In this document: positions 8,825 to 18,111 of the stretch, one piece after another
Layout: each line of letters begins with the position of its first letter
Numbering within the stretch: position 1 is the stretch's first letter
NCBI GenBank assembly: GCA_903930015.1
Contig: CAIYXB010000083.1
Coordinates: 1 to 48,087, forward strand
Reading direction: 5' to 3'
Length of the DNA stretch: 48,087 nucleotides
Origin: an uncultured bacterium
Lineage (GTDB): Bacteria > Cyanobacteriota > Vampirovibrionia > LMEP-6097
The notes under the pieces: model-generated
Database searches by the model: none
What the model was told of the DNA's origin: nothing
What the model saw: only the letters and a program-made list of their open reading frames with translations
Made by a program: the position numbers and the translations under genes

Positions 8825-9193
8825 ATGAAAAAAGAATTTCCAAAAGATATTGAACTTAAGAATGGCAGAATTTTTGTCCAGAGAGACTTTTATGACATAA
8901 CAGAAGTTCTTGAGAGCATGAGTAAAAAACTCAAGCTTGATGAAAAGAAAAAAGATTTCAATATAATGCTTTATTGGAAAGATTTTATACTTGAAAACAC
9001 CAGTGAGCTAATTGCAAAAAATACTTTCGCTCACAGATTCACAAAAGACCGAAAACTTGTCATCGGAATAAAATCAGCAGTAATTGCAAATGAACTTCAA
9101 TTTATAAAAAATATAATCGAAAAAGAATTTTTAAAAGAAGTTCAGGAATACGATAGAGAGATCACAGGGATTGTATTTGAGTTGAGATCCTAG
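8825..9193 (+). CDS. DUF721 (DciA-like) protein
   Basis: 122 aa. Located directly after recF, the usual position for DUF721. Pattern W..F....T..L......HRF....KLVIGIKSAVIANELQF fits that family. The 3' end overlaps the convergent argB by 32 nt. Confidence 0.55.
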   Translation: MKKEFPKDIELKNGRIFVQRDFYDITEVLESMSKKLKLDEKKKDFNIMLYWKDFILENTSELIAKNTFAHRFTKDRKLVIGIKSAVIANELQFIKNIIEKEFLKEVQEYDREITGIVFELRS

Positions 9194-10064
9194 TCCCAGA
9201 ACCCTTATCAGTAAAGGTTTCCATCAAAAGACTGTGATCAGTAAGACCGTTTAAGATTATCGCTTCTTTTACACCTTTCTTAAGACCATTAATACAACAC
9301 TCTAGTTTCGGGATCATTCCACCACTAACTTCTTTTTTATCAATTTTGGACTGAGCTTCTTTTAGAGACAGTTCGCTAATTAACGAATCTGGATTTTTAA
9401 CATCTTCAAGTAAGCCAGGCACGTCTGTCATTAGTATCATTTTTTCGGCTTTGAGCTCAGCTGCAATTTCAGCACAAAGAGTATCAGCATTGATATTGAA
9501 AGCTTCACCAATTTCATTTGGAGCGATAGAACTTATGACAGGAATTAATCCTAAATCAAAAAGCTGATAAATAAGACCAAGATTTAATTTTTTAACTTGA
9601 CCAACCATATTATCAGCAGGCATCCCCTCAAGTCTTTCAGCAACAATTATTCTACCGTCTCTACCATTAAGACCGATAGCTTTTGCTCCAGTGCAATTAA
9701 TCATAGAAACAAGTCTACGTTGAATTTTCCCACTCAAAACCATTTCTACAATTTCTAAAGTCTCAGAATCTGTTTTTCTAAGTCCATTTTCAAAACAAAT
9801 TTCTTTACCAATCTTAGAGAGCATCTCATTGATTTCTGGTCCACCACCGTGAACAAGCACAGTCTTTATATTGACGCTGTTTAAAAGTACTAAATCTTTG
9901 ATAACACTTTGAGCTATTTTTGAATCAGTCAGAGCTGAACCACCATATTTAATTACAAAAATCTTATTCGTAAATTTCTGTATGTATGGTAGAGCTTCAG
10001 AAAGGTGTTGAACTCTTAATTCATGCGATTCATTTTTCATCATCTCATTAATTAAATCAGCCAT
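9162..10064 (-). CDS. argB: Acetylglutamate kinase
   Basis: Amino-acid kinase motifs VIKYGGSA and VLVHGGGPEIN, full length (300 aa). Confidence 0.9.
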   Translation of the reverse strand: MADLINEMMKNESHELRVQHLSEALPYIQKFTNKIFVIKYGGSALTDSKIAQSVIKDLVLLNSVNIKTVLVHGGGPEINEMLSKIGKEICFENGLRKTDSETLEIVEMVLSGKIQRRLVSMINCTGAKAIGLNGRDGRIIVAERLEGMPADNMVGQVKKLNLGLIYQLFDLGLIPVISSIAPNEIGEAFNINADTLCAEIAAELKAEKMILMTDVPGLLEDVKNPDSLISELSLKEAQSKIDKKEVSGGMIPKLECCINGLKKGVKEAIILNGLTDHSLLMETFTDKGSGTRISTQIQSL

Positions 10065-10735
10065 TTATCGCTATCCTCAAGTGCTATTTTTGCAGCTAAT
10101 TGACTTGCATCCTTTTTGGAAAAAGCCTTTGCTGTTGCTAAAAGCTTAGCATCTAAATAAACTCCGATTTCAAATTCTTTTTTATGATCTGGTCCTTTGC
10201 TTGAGATAACCTTATAAGCAGGAAGTATTTTAAATTTATCCTGAATTAACTCCTGTAAACGAGACTTATATTCTAGTTCGAGTGCATCCTCAATTGCCTG
10301 TGACATATCTTCTTGCCACAATTCCAGTATAAAGTCATGTGCTTTCTCAATACCAGAGTCCAGATAAATGGCTCCAATCAATGCTTCCACAGTATCTCCA
10401 ATTACCGAATCAGGGATATTATCGCGAGCAAGAGTAGTTCCAATTACAGCATGCTGAGCTAGATTCATTTTTTTAGCAAGTGAGGATAACATCTTATCCG
10501 AGATTAATTTAGCTCTATATTTTGTTAAAATCCCTTCTTGCGCTTTTGGGTATTTATCAAAAAGATATTTTGTAATTATCAGTTTTAATACTGCATCACC
10601 TAAAAATTCCAACCTTTCATTGTTACGAACAGTCTCATCTTCGCGACTTTTAGAACTATGAGTGAGTGCGTTTAATAGAAGATCCTTATCATTTATGGAA
10701 TTAATATATTTTTTCCATAAATCCGGATAACTCAT
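10052..10735 (-). CDS. rnc: Ribonuclease III
   Basis: RNase III signature NERLEFLGDAVL plus a C-terminal dsRNA-binding domain. Overlaps argB by 13 nt. Confidence 0.9.
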   Translation of the reverse strand: MSYPDLWKKYINSINDKDLLLNALTHSSKSREDETVRNNERLEFLGDAVLKLIITKYLFDKYPKAQEGILTKYRAKLISDKMLSSLAKKMNLAQHAVIGTTLARDNIPDSVIGDTVEALIGAIYLDSGIEKAHDFILELWQEDMSQAIEDALELEYKSRLQELIQDKFKILPAYKVISSKGPDHKKEFEIGVYLDAKLLATAKAFSKKDASQLAAKIALEDSDKWLI

Positions 10736-10744
10736 AAACTTTGA

Positions 10745-11179
10745 CTATTTAAGTTTAGCAATTACTTGACCGAAGGAAATGGCTTCGCCATTAGAAACGC
10801 AGATCTCAACTACTTCCCCGTCAATCTCAGATGGCAATTCATTCATAAGCTTCATCGCTTCAACGATACAAACTGTATCTCCCTTCTTAACAGTATCACC
10901 CACCTTGATAAAAGGTTGTGCATCTGGTGAAGCCGCTGAGTAAAAAGTCCCAACCATTGGAGACTTGATTTCTTTTAATTTTTTTTCTTTCACTACAGGA
11001 GCAGCAGCAACCGTAGCAGCTGGTTCAGCATTTACTGGCGCAAAGTTAGAATATGAAACTTCTTTACGGACCTTGATTTTGAAATCCTCTGATTCAATTT
11101 CAATTTCTGTTAAGTCTTGCTGTTTTAAAATTTCAGCAAGTTTATTTATTTTATCTATAGGCAATTCATTTTTTGACAT
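10745..11179 (-). CDS. accB: Biotin carboxyl carrier protein of acetyl-CoA carboxylase
   Basis: Biotinylation motif EAMKLMNE and an Ala/Pro linker. The ORF extends to 11218, but the ATG at 11179 (MSKNELPIDKINKLAEIL) avoids overlap with efp and fits AccB N-termini. Confidence 0.85.
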   Translation of the reverse strand: MSKNELPIDKINKLAEILKQQDLTEIEIESEDFKIKVRKEVSYSNFAPVNAEPAATVAAAPVVKEKKLKEIKSPMVGTFYSAASPDAQPFIKVGDTVKKGDTVCIVEAMKLMNELPSEIDGEVVEICVSNGEAISFGQVIAKLK

Positions 11180-11192
11180 TGAAAACTCTCTT

Positions 11193-11756
11193 TTATTTAA
11201 CTCTATCTTGATATTCACGAGTTCTTGGATTTAATCTTATTTTTTCTCCAAGTTCTACAAAGAAAGGAACGTTAATAACAGCTCCAGTCTCAAGAACTGC
11301 AGGTTTAGTACCACCCGAAGAGGTATTACCTTTTTCATTTGGAGCAGTATCAGTAATAACTAGCTCTATTGAATTTGGCAATTCTACTCCAATAATTTTA
11401 CCTTCACAAATTGTAACCATAGTGAGTGTTTCTTCTTTTAAAAAGTCAATAACATCTTTACCTAGGTCTTCTTTTGTCATTTCAATTTGCTCATAAGATT
11501 TCATATCCATAAAAGCATAATTCTCACCAGCTTGGTAAAGGTATTGCATCTCTTTTCTTTCAACAAAAACTGCTTCAAATTGCTCGTTCATTCTAAAAGA
11601 CTCGTCACGAGATCCACCGCTCTCTACGTTCTTAAGTTTTGTTCTTACAAAAGCAGCGCCTTTACCGGGTTTTACATGAAGGAATTCGACTACTTGCCAA
11701 ATTTGACCTTTCCATTTAACCGTCAAACCATTTTTAAAATCTGTAGGAGTTAGCAT
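11193..11756 (-). CDS. efp: Elongation factor P
   Basis: Conserved loop KPGKGAAFVRTKLKN. The ORF opens at 11777, but MLTPTDFKNGL at 11756 matches typical EF-P N-termini. efp-accB adjacency. Confidence 0.9.
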   Translation of the reverse strand: MLTPTDFKNGLTVKWKGQIWQVVEFLHVKPGKGAAFVRTKLKNVESGGSRDESFRMNEQFEAVFVERKEMQYLYQAGENYAFMDMKSYEQIEMTKEDLGKDVIDFLKEETLTMVTICEGKIIGVELPNSIELVITDTAPNEKGNTSSGGTKPAVLETGAVINVPFFVELGEKIRLNPRTREYQDRVK

Positions 11757-11802
11757 ATACAAACGGTATTTTAGCACTGTTTGGAATCAGATCAGCATTT
11801 TG

Positions 11803-12660
11803 CTAAATAAGATTGCGACCGTAAAGAGTAAAGCCAATTTGCTCATCAAAATCAGCATAAATCCGTGAAAGCTTCATTAATTCAAGCATAGTAGAACCAG
11901 TAGTACAGATATCATCAATAATTAACAAAACATTTAAATCTTCCAAGCCAAGACTAATGCTTTTATTAATTTTAAAAGCATTACTAAGTTCTGAGATTCT
12001 AGACTCTTGCCCAAGATTAAAAAGTGGTTTTGTATCTTTTATTCTTACAAAAAAATTTTCCAGGAATTCAATTTTAGCTAAATCATGCTGATAAATACCT
12101 CTTGAACTTTGAAAAATAATTTTCATATTTCTAGATTTTTGTAAATGATCTAATAGGCTCGAACTTAGATCTTCCGCCAATAACGCTGCAAAATTAAAAG
12201 CTCTGTTTTTTTCCTTTTCTAAATACATAGGTGAATGAGTTATAAAGATATTTAATTTAATACTTGAATAAGGAAAATCTTCAACATAGGCTAAATTCAC
12301 ATCATCAGTCAGAATTTGATTTAAATTTTCCACGAAGAAAAAAGAAAGCTGCTGCGCAAAAAATTTTGAAAAATGAGGTCTAGTATATTTTGCTTTTTTA
12401 ATCAGATAGCTCGTTTTTTTGAAGAAATTTATTAAATAAAATATTTTCGGATGGAAAACTTGCTCATGATCCAAGAAAAAGTTATCAAGTATCTTATAAT
12501 CGATCACTTTCTTTTTTAGACTCAAATGTTCTTTGACACAGTTATCACAAACTAAAGCTCCCAAATTATTCCGACAAAAAAAACATAAGCGCGAAGAAAA
12601 AGAATCAAGCAGAGGCTCTAAGCAAGCTAAAAAAATATAATATATCTTTTTAAAAAGCAT
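11803..12660 (-). CDS. comF: ComF-family phosphoribosyltransferase-like protein
   Basis: N-terminal Cys pairs (CFFC...CDNC) and the C-terminal PRTase motif LLIIDDICTTGST. Confidence 0.7.
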   Translation of the reverse strand: MLFKKIYYIFLACLEPLLDSFSSRLCFFCRNNLGALVCDNCVKEHLSLKKKVIDYKILDNFFLDHEQVFHPKIFYLINFFKKTSYLIKKAKYTRPHFSKFFAQQLSFFFVENLNQILTDDVNLAYVEDFPYSSIKLNIFITHSPMYLEKEKNRAFNFAALLAEDLSSSLLDHLQKSRNMKIIFQSSRGIYQHDLAKIEFLENFFVRIKDTKPLFNLGQESRISELSNAFKINKSISLGLEDLNVLLIIDDICTTGSTMLELMKLSRIYADFDEQIGFTLYGRNLI

Positions 12661-12729
12661 ATATCAGATAAATTTATCAAATGCTTAAATTGAGTCAGTG
12701 GATTTACTTAAGTTAATTAATATACTATA

Positions 12730-12871
12730 AAAAGTTTTCTACAATTTTTAACGACCCTTTCGCATTCGGCGCAGCTGCTGTGATGATGTTTTTGTTGTTT
12801 TGCTTCGCAAAACTTAAATGCTACATCAATCCGATATGCTCCAGGGTGTTAAAAATTTCCCGAAAACTTTT
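12730..12871 (+). repeat. Family-2 ~142-nt hairpin element, copy A (most diverged)
   Basis: Terminal inverted repeats aaaagttttctacaatttttaac and gttaaaaatttcccgaaaactttt. Shared core ctttcgcattcggcgcagctgctgtg...gttttgcttcgcaaaac...caatccgatatgct. Intergenic. Confidence 0.85.
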
Positions 12872-12986
12872 TTGGTTTGTTCTATTACTCCGCAAATGTC
12901 AACGAATTACACGACCCGTACTATTCCGAGCTTTTGAAGAAAGTGACTTAATCAATCACCGCCTAGAGAATAAGTATAAGATTTGA

Positions 12987-13472
12987 CTATTTCTTAGATT
13001 TATTGACAAACATAAGACTAACTAAACTACCAAAAAAGGATATTGTTGTTGTAAAAACAATACTCACAAGCCCTAAAATAAAATAGAAGCTTGGACCTAA
13101 ATCATTCAAGAAATTAAATTCTAGTTGAGATTTCATTTTCATCTGCTCATTAATTTGATCAATAATCAATTGCTTTACTTCTGGATTATTTAAATTGATC
13201 GCCATAACTAGAGTTAAAATTGAGCCAACTACAATCCCTGTAGCAATTCCTAAAACGGAGATATCAAATAGCTTAGTTTCATAATTTTCATTTTCAGTTT
13301 CTTTAATTTTTTCAGACCTGAAAATAAATACAGCGATAACTCCACCAATAAAATAACTCAACATTGGAAAACCAATTATTGGTAAAGCCAAGAAAGTATT
13401 CAGAAGAATAACAACTGATGAAGCAATTAAAATTGGCTTAAAATATGGATCCATAGTTAATAACTTTAGCAA
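12987..13472 (-). CDS. Hypothetical polytopic membrane protein
   Basis: 161 aa with 4 hydrophobic helices. No family recognised. Confidence 0.6.
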   Translation of the reverse strand: MLKLLTMDPYFKPILIASSVVILLNTFLALPIIGFPMLSYFIGGVIAVFIFRSEKIKETENENYETKLFDISVLGIATGIVVGSILTLVMAINLNNPEVKQLIIDQINEQMKMKSQLEFNFLNDLGPSFYFILGLVSIVFTTTISFFGSLVSLMFVNKSKK

Positions 13473-13502
13473 AAGTACAGTAAATCAGAAAAGTTTTCAA
13501 AA

Positions 13503-14483
13503 TTACTGCCGAATTCTTTGCTTGTACTCATATTTTGCACCTTCGGGATAGTACCATTTAATTAACTGACCAGTTTGACCAAGAATATAGGTTTTACCAT
13601 CAGCATATACTTTAAATGCACCAGCATTTCCACTTGCAAGAGCAAATCCAATATCATCTTTAAACTCAAATTTACTTGGTTCAATATCAGGATATGCCTC
13701 TCCTTCAAAAAGTGTCTTACCAGCTGCGATTCCATAGACTTGAAACCAAGCAACTTCACTAACTTTTAATTTTAAAGATTTCTGACCATCACCAAAAACA
13801 TAGAAAATTTGTTTCTTCACTTTGCTTTCGCTCTCTTTAGTATACAAATCAGACACTTTTGGTAATTTGATTTCTACAGAATTTTCTTTTATACTTGAAT
13901 CATTATCATCAGGATTCTCTTTTGCTTCTGAATCATCTAGAGGAAGTTCAAGATCAATTCCAATAACTTTTTCTTCAATAGCTCTAATTGGTTCTTCAGT
14001 GCTAGATACACTAGTTGAAGAACCTTTCTTTTTTAATGTTGAAAGAGTAATTATATTTTCTTGTTTTTCAATTTTTACAAATCTTTCATTCAGATTCAAA
14101 AGGTAAAAAAGACCCAATAAAATCAAAAGACCAATAAAAATATAGAGGTGATATATTTTCAAAAAACTTATATTAAATTCATTAGATTCTTCCGCAATAT
14201 GATTTTCGTTTAAAATATTTTGAACTATATACTGGCTTTCACCTTTTTTATAGTCTTCGATGATAGTTTGATAATTTTTTAAATTAAGAGCTTTAGATAT
14301 TTTATTTAAAAAACCCATCAAGTAAGCTTCTTCAGGAACAGCTTCTCTGTTAGCGTTTTCTATATTTTCGATATGGTGAACTGCAATACGGCATTTCTCA
14401 GCAAGCTCCTCTATACTAAGACCGGCTTGCAATCTTGCTTTCTTAAAAGTATCTCCAAGTGTTTTTAAGGGGTCTTCAACCAT
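13503..14483 (-). CDS. rodZ: RodZ-like cytoskeleton protein (HTH, TM helix, C-terminal DUF4115-like domain)
   Basis: N-terminal XRE-type HTH (LGDTFKKARLQAGLSIEELAEKCRIAVHHIENIE), a single TM helix (YHLYIFIGLLILLGLFYLL), an acidic linker, and a C-terminal beta-rich domain. Confidence 0.6.
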   Translation of the reverse strand: MVEDPLKTLGDTFKKARLQAGLSIEELAEKCRIAVHHIENIENANREAVPEEAYLMGFLNKISKALNLKNYQTIIEDYKKGESQYIVQNILNENHIAEESNEFNISFLKIYHLYIFIGLLILLGLFYLLNLNERFVKIEKQENIITLSTLKKKGSSTSVSSTEEPIRAIEEKVIGIDLELPLDDSEAKENPDDNDSSIKENSVEIKLPKVSDLYTKESESKVKKQIFYVFGDGQKSLKLKVSEVAWFQVYGIAAGKTLFEGEAYPDIEPSKFEFKDDIGFALASGNAGAFKVYADGKTYILGQTGQLIKWYYPEGAKYEYKQRIRQ

Positions 14484-14487
14484 CTGC

Positions 14488-15390
14488 TTATGAGAAAATT
14501 ACCTTTGGTTGTAATTCTAGACTTCCACCTCTTTTAAGAAGCTGTGCAAGCCCAATTAGTTCCTCATCCTCACCGATACATTGGACATAATACTCTTCAT
14601 TATTGTCTAGACATTTTTCTAAGTGATCTACCTTATCAATTAAAACTCTCTTTCCTTGCTGTAAAGCAATTACATCTTTTTTATTAAAATCTATACTTGG
14701 TAAAGATAAAAAGTCTTTTGGCTCTAATATAAAATCTTCTAGATTTACTTCTCTATCTTCAAGATCCTCAAATCTAATTGATGAACCTAATTCAAAATCA
14801 TTAGACTTTGTTCTTCTTAGAGTTGTTAAATGTGCTCCTACATCTCTTGCAATAGATCGAATATATGTACCCTCACCACATTCAACACTGATTTTGGCAT
14901 AAGGGAAATTAAATTCTAATATTTGAATTTTACTGATATGAACAATCTTGGGTTTTATATCACTTAAATCAAGCTGAGCACCAGCTCTCATTAGTTCATA
15001 AAGCTTTTTTCCGTTGATTTTTTTTGCACTATATAAAGGAGGGTATTGTTCAAAATCTCCAAGCATTTTACTAAATTTTTCTTCTAATTCATTTTGACTA
15101 ATGGCTTTCAAACCATCAGTAATTTTATATCCGGTTATATCATCAGTATCTGTTAAAAAGTTAAAGTCAAGTTCAGCTATATACGCTTTATTTTTTGATA
15201 AAAACCTAATCAATCGAGTTGCATCACCAATCGCAATTGGTAAAACACCAGTTGCGAAAGGATCTAAAGTACCCGTATGACCAATTTTTTTATATCTAAG
15301 GATTTTTCTGAGCTTTGCTACAACATCATGAGAAGTCCAATCTTCTGGCTTATCAATATTTATGAATCCAAAATATTCTTTTTCTGCCAC
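14488..15390 (-). CDS. truB: tRNA pseudouridine-55 synthase
   Basis: TruB catalytic motif GHTGTLDPFATGVLPI, full length. Confidence 0.9.
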   Translation of the reverse strand: MAEKEYFGFINIDKPEDWTSHDVVAKLRKILRYKKIGHTGTLDPFATGVLPIAIGDATRLIRFLSKNKAYIAELDFNFLTDTDDITGYKITDGLKAISQNELEEKFSKMLGDFEQYPPLYSAKKINGKKLYELMRAGAQLDLSDIKPKIVHISKIQILEFNFPYAKISVECGEGTYIRSIARDVGAHLTTLRRTKSNDFELGSSIRFEDLEDREVNLEDFILEPKDFLSLPSIDFNKKDVIALQQGKRVLIDKVDHLEKCLDNNEEYYVQCIGEDEELIGLAQLLKRGGSLELQPKVIFS

Positions 15391-15398
15391 AAATAAAT

Positions 15399-15797
15399 TT
15401 AGTCGATACCCTTATTTTCTTCATCTGCATTTACAGTTCGATCTATTAAATCAACCATATCAACAGCTTTGCTCAAAGCATCACTTTCTACAAAATATAT
15501 TTTTGGTGCATACCTAAGATTAAGTTTCCTTGCTATAACGCCTCTCATGTAACCTGCATTATCATTCAAAGCCGCTTTTGTTGATGACAATTGCAAGTCA
15601 TTCATCTCTTTATCTTCATTATAAGAAAGTATAGAAAAAAGGACTCTTGCACTACTCAAGCTTGCATTTAAATTAACATCTACTATTGATACAAATTTAT
15701 CAATTCGATCATCCTTAACCCCACCCTTTTGGATCATATTACCGATTTCTATTTTTATAGCTCTTGCTACTTTTTCTCTTCGTTCAAAACTCTTCAT
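15399..15797 (-). CDS. rbfA: Ribosome-binding factor A
   Basis: 132-aa ORF with RbfA-like N-terminus (R..KVA..I..EI) and a conserved position immediately upstream of truB. Confidence 0.8.
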   Translation of the reverse strand: MKSFERREKVARAIKIEIGNMIQKGGVKDDRIDKFVSIVDVNLNASLSSARVLFSILSYNEDKEMNDLQLSSTKAALNDNAGYMRGVIARKLNLRYAPKIYFVESDALSKAVDMVDLIDRTVNADEENKGID

Positions 15798-15806
15798 ATA
15801 AACCCT

Positions 15807-17033
15807 TTAAAACATGTGCCCCATTTTATTTTTCTTTGTTTCTAAATATTTTTTATTGTGTTCTTGCTTTGCAATAATAGTTGGTAACCTTTCTGTAATC
15901 TCAAGACCGTATCCTTCGATACCATAAATCTTCTTAGGGTTATTTGTTAACAAACGGATTTTCTTCAATCCTAAATCTGTAAGTATTTGAGCTCCAACTC
16001 CAAAATTCCTCAAGTCGGCTGGAAATCCTAATTTCAAATTAGCTTCAACAGTATCAGCTCCCTGGTCTTGAAAAGCATATGCACGCAATTTATTTAAAAG
16101 CCCAATACCTCTTCCTTCTTGTCTTAGATAAACAAGCACGCCAATACCTTCTTCTTTAATTTTCTCAAGAGAGCTGTGCAATTGGTTTCCACAGTCACAT
16201 CTCAAGCTCCAAAAAACATCACCAGTTAAGCACTCACTGTGCATCCTAACCAAAACAGATTCACCCTTTTCGCTTGCCGATTTAACATCACCAAGAACTA
16301 AAGCAATATGTTCATTACCAGTTAAAAAATCTTTATAACCATAGATTTGGAATTTTTCATCAAAACCGTTTGGCAATGGGACATCTACTACTCTATGAAC
16401 AAATCTTTCTGTCTTTAATCGATATGCAACTATATCAGCAATAGTAATATGTTTTAGATTATGCTTTTGAGCAAAGACTTTAAGATCATCATATCGAGCC
16501 ATCTCTCCATCTTCTTTTAAAATCTCACAAATCACACCGGCTGGTTTTAATCCAGCAAGCCTAGCTAAATCAACAGCAGCTTCAGTATGACCAACTCTTT
16601 TTAAAACCCCACCCTCAACTGCTTTCAAAGGAAATATGTGGCCTGGTCTTCTTAGATCTTTTGGAAGAGTTTCATCATCAAGTGCAACTAAAATAGTTTT
16701 TGCTCTGTCTGATGCACTAATACCAGTACTAACACCAAATTTAGGATCTGCATCAATGCTTATGGTAAAAGCGGTTTTCATAGTGTCGTTGTTTACGTTC
16801 ACCATCTCACCAAGTTGTAATTTTTCAGTTCTTTCTTTATCTAATGCAAGACAAATTAATCCTCTTCCATGCTGAGCCATGAAATTAACCAACTCTGCTG
16901 AAATTTTTTCTGCAGCACAAACAATGTCACCTTCGTTTTCTCTATCTTTATCATCAGATACGATTACGGGTTTTCCCTGCTTGATGTCCTCAATAGCTTC
17001 TTCAATAGTATTAAATTTGAAATCGTCTTCCAT
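15807..17033 (-). CDS. ribBA: Bifunctional 3,4-dihydroxy-2-butanone-4-phosphate synthase / GTP cyclohydrolase II
   Basis: DRENEGD and HTEAAVDL (RibB half). [16 protein letters not shown] (RibA zinc site). The ORF runs to 17081 (TTG) with an ATG at 17069. [14 protein letters not shown] at 17033 fits RibB N-termini best. Confidence 0.9.
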   Translation of the reverse strand: MEDDFKFNTIEEAIEDIKQGKPVIVSDDKDRENEGDIVCAAEKISAELVNFMAQHGRGLICLALDKERTEKLQLGEMVNVNNDTMKTAFTISIDADPKFGVSTGISASDRAKTILVALDDETLPKDLRRPGHIFPLKAVEGGVLKRVGHTEAAVDLARLAGLKPAGVICEILKEDGEMARYDDLKVFAQKHNLKHITIADIVAYRLKTERFVHRVVDVPLPNGFDEKFQIYGYKDFLTGNEHIALVLGDVKSASEKGESVLVRMHSECLTGDVFWSLRCDCGNQLHSSLEKIKEEGIGVLVYLRQEGRGIGLLNKLRAYAFQDQGADTVEANLKLGFPADLRNFGVGAQILTDLGLKKIRLLTNNPKKIYGIEGYGLEITERLPTIIAKQEHNKKYLETKKNKMGHMF

Positions 17034-17072
17034 AATTAATCTGACTTTACTTAAATCACAATTAATCATAGC

Positions 17073-17118
17073 AAAAAGCAAGGGTTCTTAACGAAAGCTT
17101 AAGGCAAACTTGCTTTTT
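17073..17118. other. Terminator-like hairpin between the divergent ribBA and the 66-aa ORF
   Basis: aaaaagcaag (17073-17082) pairs with cttgcttttt (17109-17118). Inner cttaa/ttaag pairing. A-run and T-run flanks on both strands. Confidence 0.5.
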
Positions 17119-17146
17119 AGTACATAAGTGACGGGGAGAAACAAGG

Positions 17147-17347
17147 ATGAAGAAAATCAATACAGCGACAGAACTACTTTTAGAAATGGATCTTGCTTTT
17201 AAAGCAGCAGGTGTTGATTTCTTAAATTCAGAGAAAGTTCTTGTTTTGGAGTATTTATACAAAACCAAAGCAGAGGATAAAGAAAACTCAATTTTAAAAA
17301 ACTTTAAAAGCGTGAGCTTTGATGTTAGTAAATATTTTTTAAGTTAA
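17147..17347 (+). CDS. Small hypothetical protein (66 aa)
   Basis: ATG preceded by acaagga. Its stop overlaps the Shine-Dalgarno sequence of the next small ORF. No family recognised. Confidence 0.45.
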   Translation: MKKINTATELLLEMDLAFKAAGVDFLNSEKVLVLEYLYKTKAEDKENSILKNFKSVSFDVSKYFLS

Positions 17348-17361
17348 GGAGAAGTCAAACT

Positions 17362-17520
17362 ATGTCTAGCATTCAACCAAGCCTTCCGACCATCCTAGAA
17401 TTACCAGGTGTAGGATCAAGTGCACAAGCCGTACAGAGAGCTGCTCAAAGCTTACATGAATTCCTCGATGGTAAAACTGAGCACTCAAAGCAAGGAATTG
17501 ATCCTTACAAGAAACCTTAG
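17362..17520 (+). CDS. Small ORF (52 aa) not in the supplied ORF track
   Basis: Strong SD aaggag 10 nt upstream of the ATG. Translation is MSSIQPSLPTILELPGVGSSAQAVQRAAQSLHEFLDGKTEHSKQGIDPYKKP. LPGVG..A resembles a helix-hairpin-helix turn. Locally higher GC. Confidence 0.4.
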   Translation: MSSIQPSLPTILELPGVGSSAQAVQRAAQSLHEFLDGKTEHSKQGIDPYKKP

Positions 17521-17616
17521 ACAAAAATTTATTTATGATTTATCAAGTTAGTAGAATTTCATATTTTTCAGTGGGGTTCTTAATTACATATTAATAAAAA
17601 GATGATTTAAAGAGAT

Positions 17617-17931
17617 ATGGAATTTTTCGACGACAAAACTAGCAAAAAAAGTATCAAACTTGATGTAGACACTCAAGTTGAACTTGTCACCTGTTTCTTT
17701 GATCATTTTGATGAAGATGAAATGCAAGAGGATTTTTATAAATCGATGCTTGTTGACCTATACAGAGCAATCACTTGTTATCGCATGTATAACAGTCTTG
17801 AAGAATTCATGAAAATCAATCCAGAATTGAAGGATTGTAGTGCAGATATTAAAGATCTTTGGAGTGAATTCGACAAATTAACCTCAGCAGAGCTAGCTGA
17901 AGTCGCACTTGAACTTCTAAAAGATATTTAA
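17617..17931 (+). CDS. Acidic hypothetical protein (104 aa)
   Basis: Very Asp/Glu-rich ORF followed by its own terminator. No family recognised. Confidence 0.55.
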   Translation: MEFFDDKTSKKSIKLDVDTQVELVTCFFDHFDEDEMQEDFYKSMLVDLYRAITCYRMYNSLEEFMKINPELKDCSADIKDLWSEFDKLTSAELAEVALELLKDI

Positions 17932-17954
17932 TTAGAGATTTTAAATCTATATGC

Positions 17955-17989
17955 CTAGGTGAGATTTTAAGTGATTTCACCTATTTTTT
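17955..17989 (+). terminator. Rho-independent terminator after the 104-aa gene
   Basis: Stem taggtga...tcaccta followed by ttttttt. Confidence 0.6.
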
Positions 17990-18111
17990 TAGTTATTTCA
18001 ATAGAAAAATTTTGCAAAAGTCAATTTGTACATACTTAACTTGATAGAATCTGTATTAATGCAATTATTCCAGGATAGGGGTTTAAATAATTGTGTATGA
18101 AAAGATAGAAA

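Noticed and set aside
9162-9193. 32-nt overlap of the 3' ends of the convergent DUF721 and argB genes, as a regulatory antisense arrangement
   Set aside because: It may simply reflect non-conserved C-terminal extensions of either ORF. Nothing in the sequence singles it out as functional.
12780-12986. ORFs in the track that run through family-2 repeat copies (12780-12986, 21276-21536, 21308-21499, 29122-29412, 29267-29464), giving similar peptides such as LLFCFAK...NPIC.RVL
   Set aside because: The peptide similarity is a by-product of translating the same DNA repeat. Frames and starts differ between copies. The peptides are Cys/Phe/Leu-rich and low in complexity. The 71-nt copy D deletes most of the frame. 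The conservation pattern is paired-arm covariation, not codon-like.
17034-17300. FMN riboswitch upstream of ribBA
   Set aside because: I read the minus strand and found none of the conserved FMN-aptamer sequence blocks. The region also overlaps a plausible plus-strand ORF. This still needs a cmsearch to be certain.
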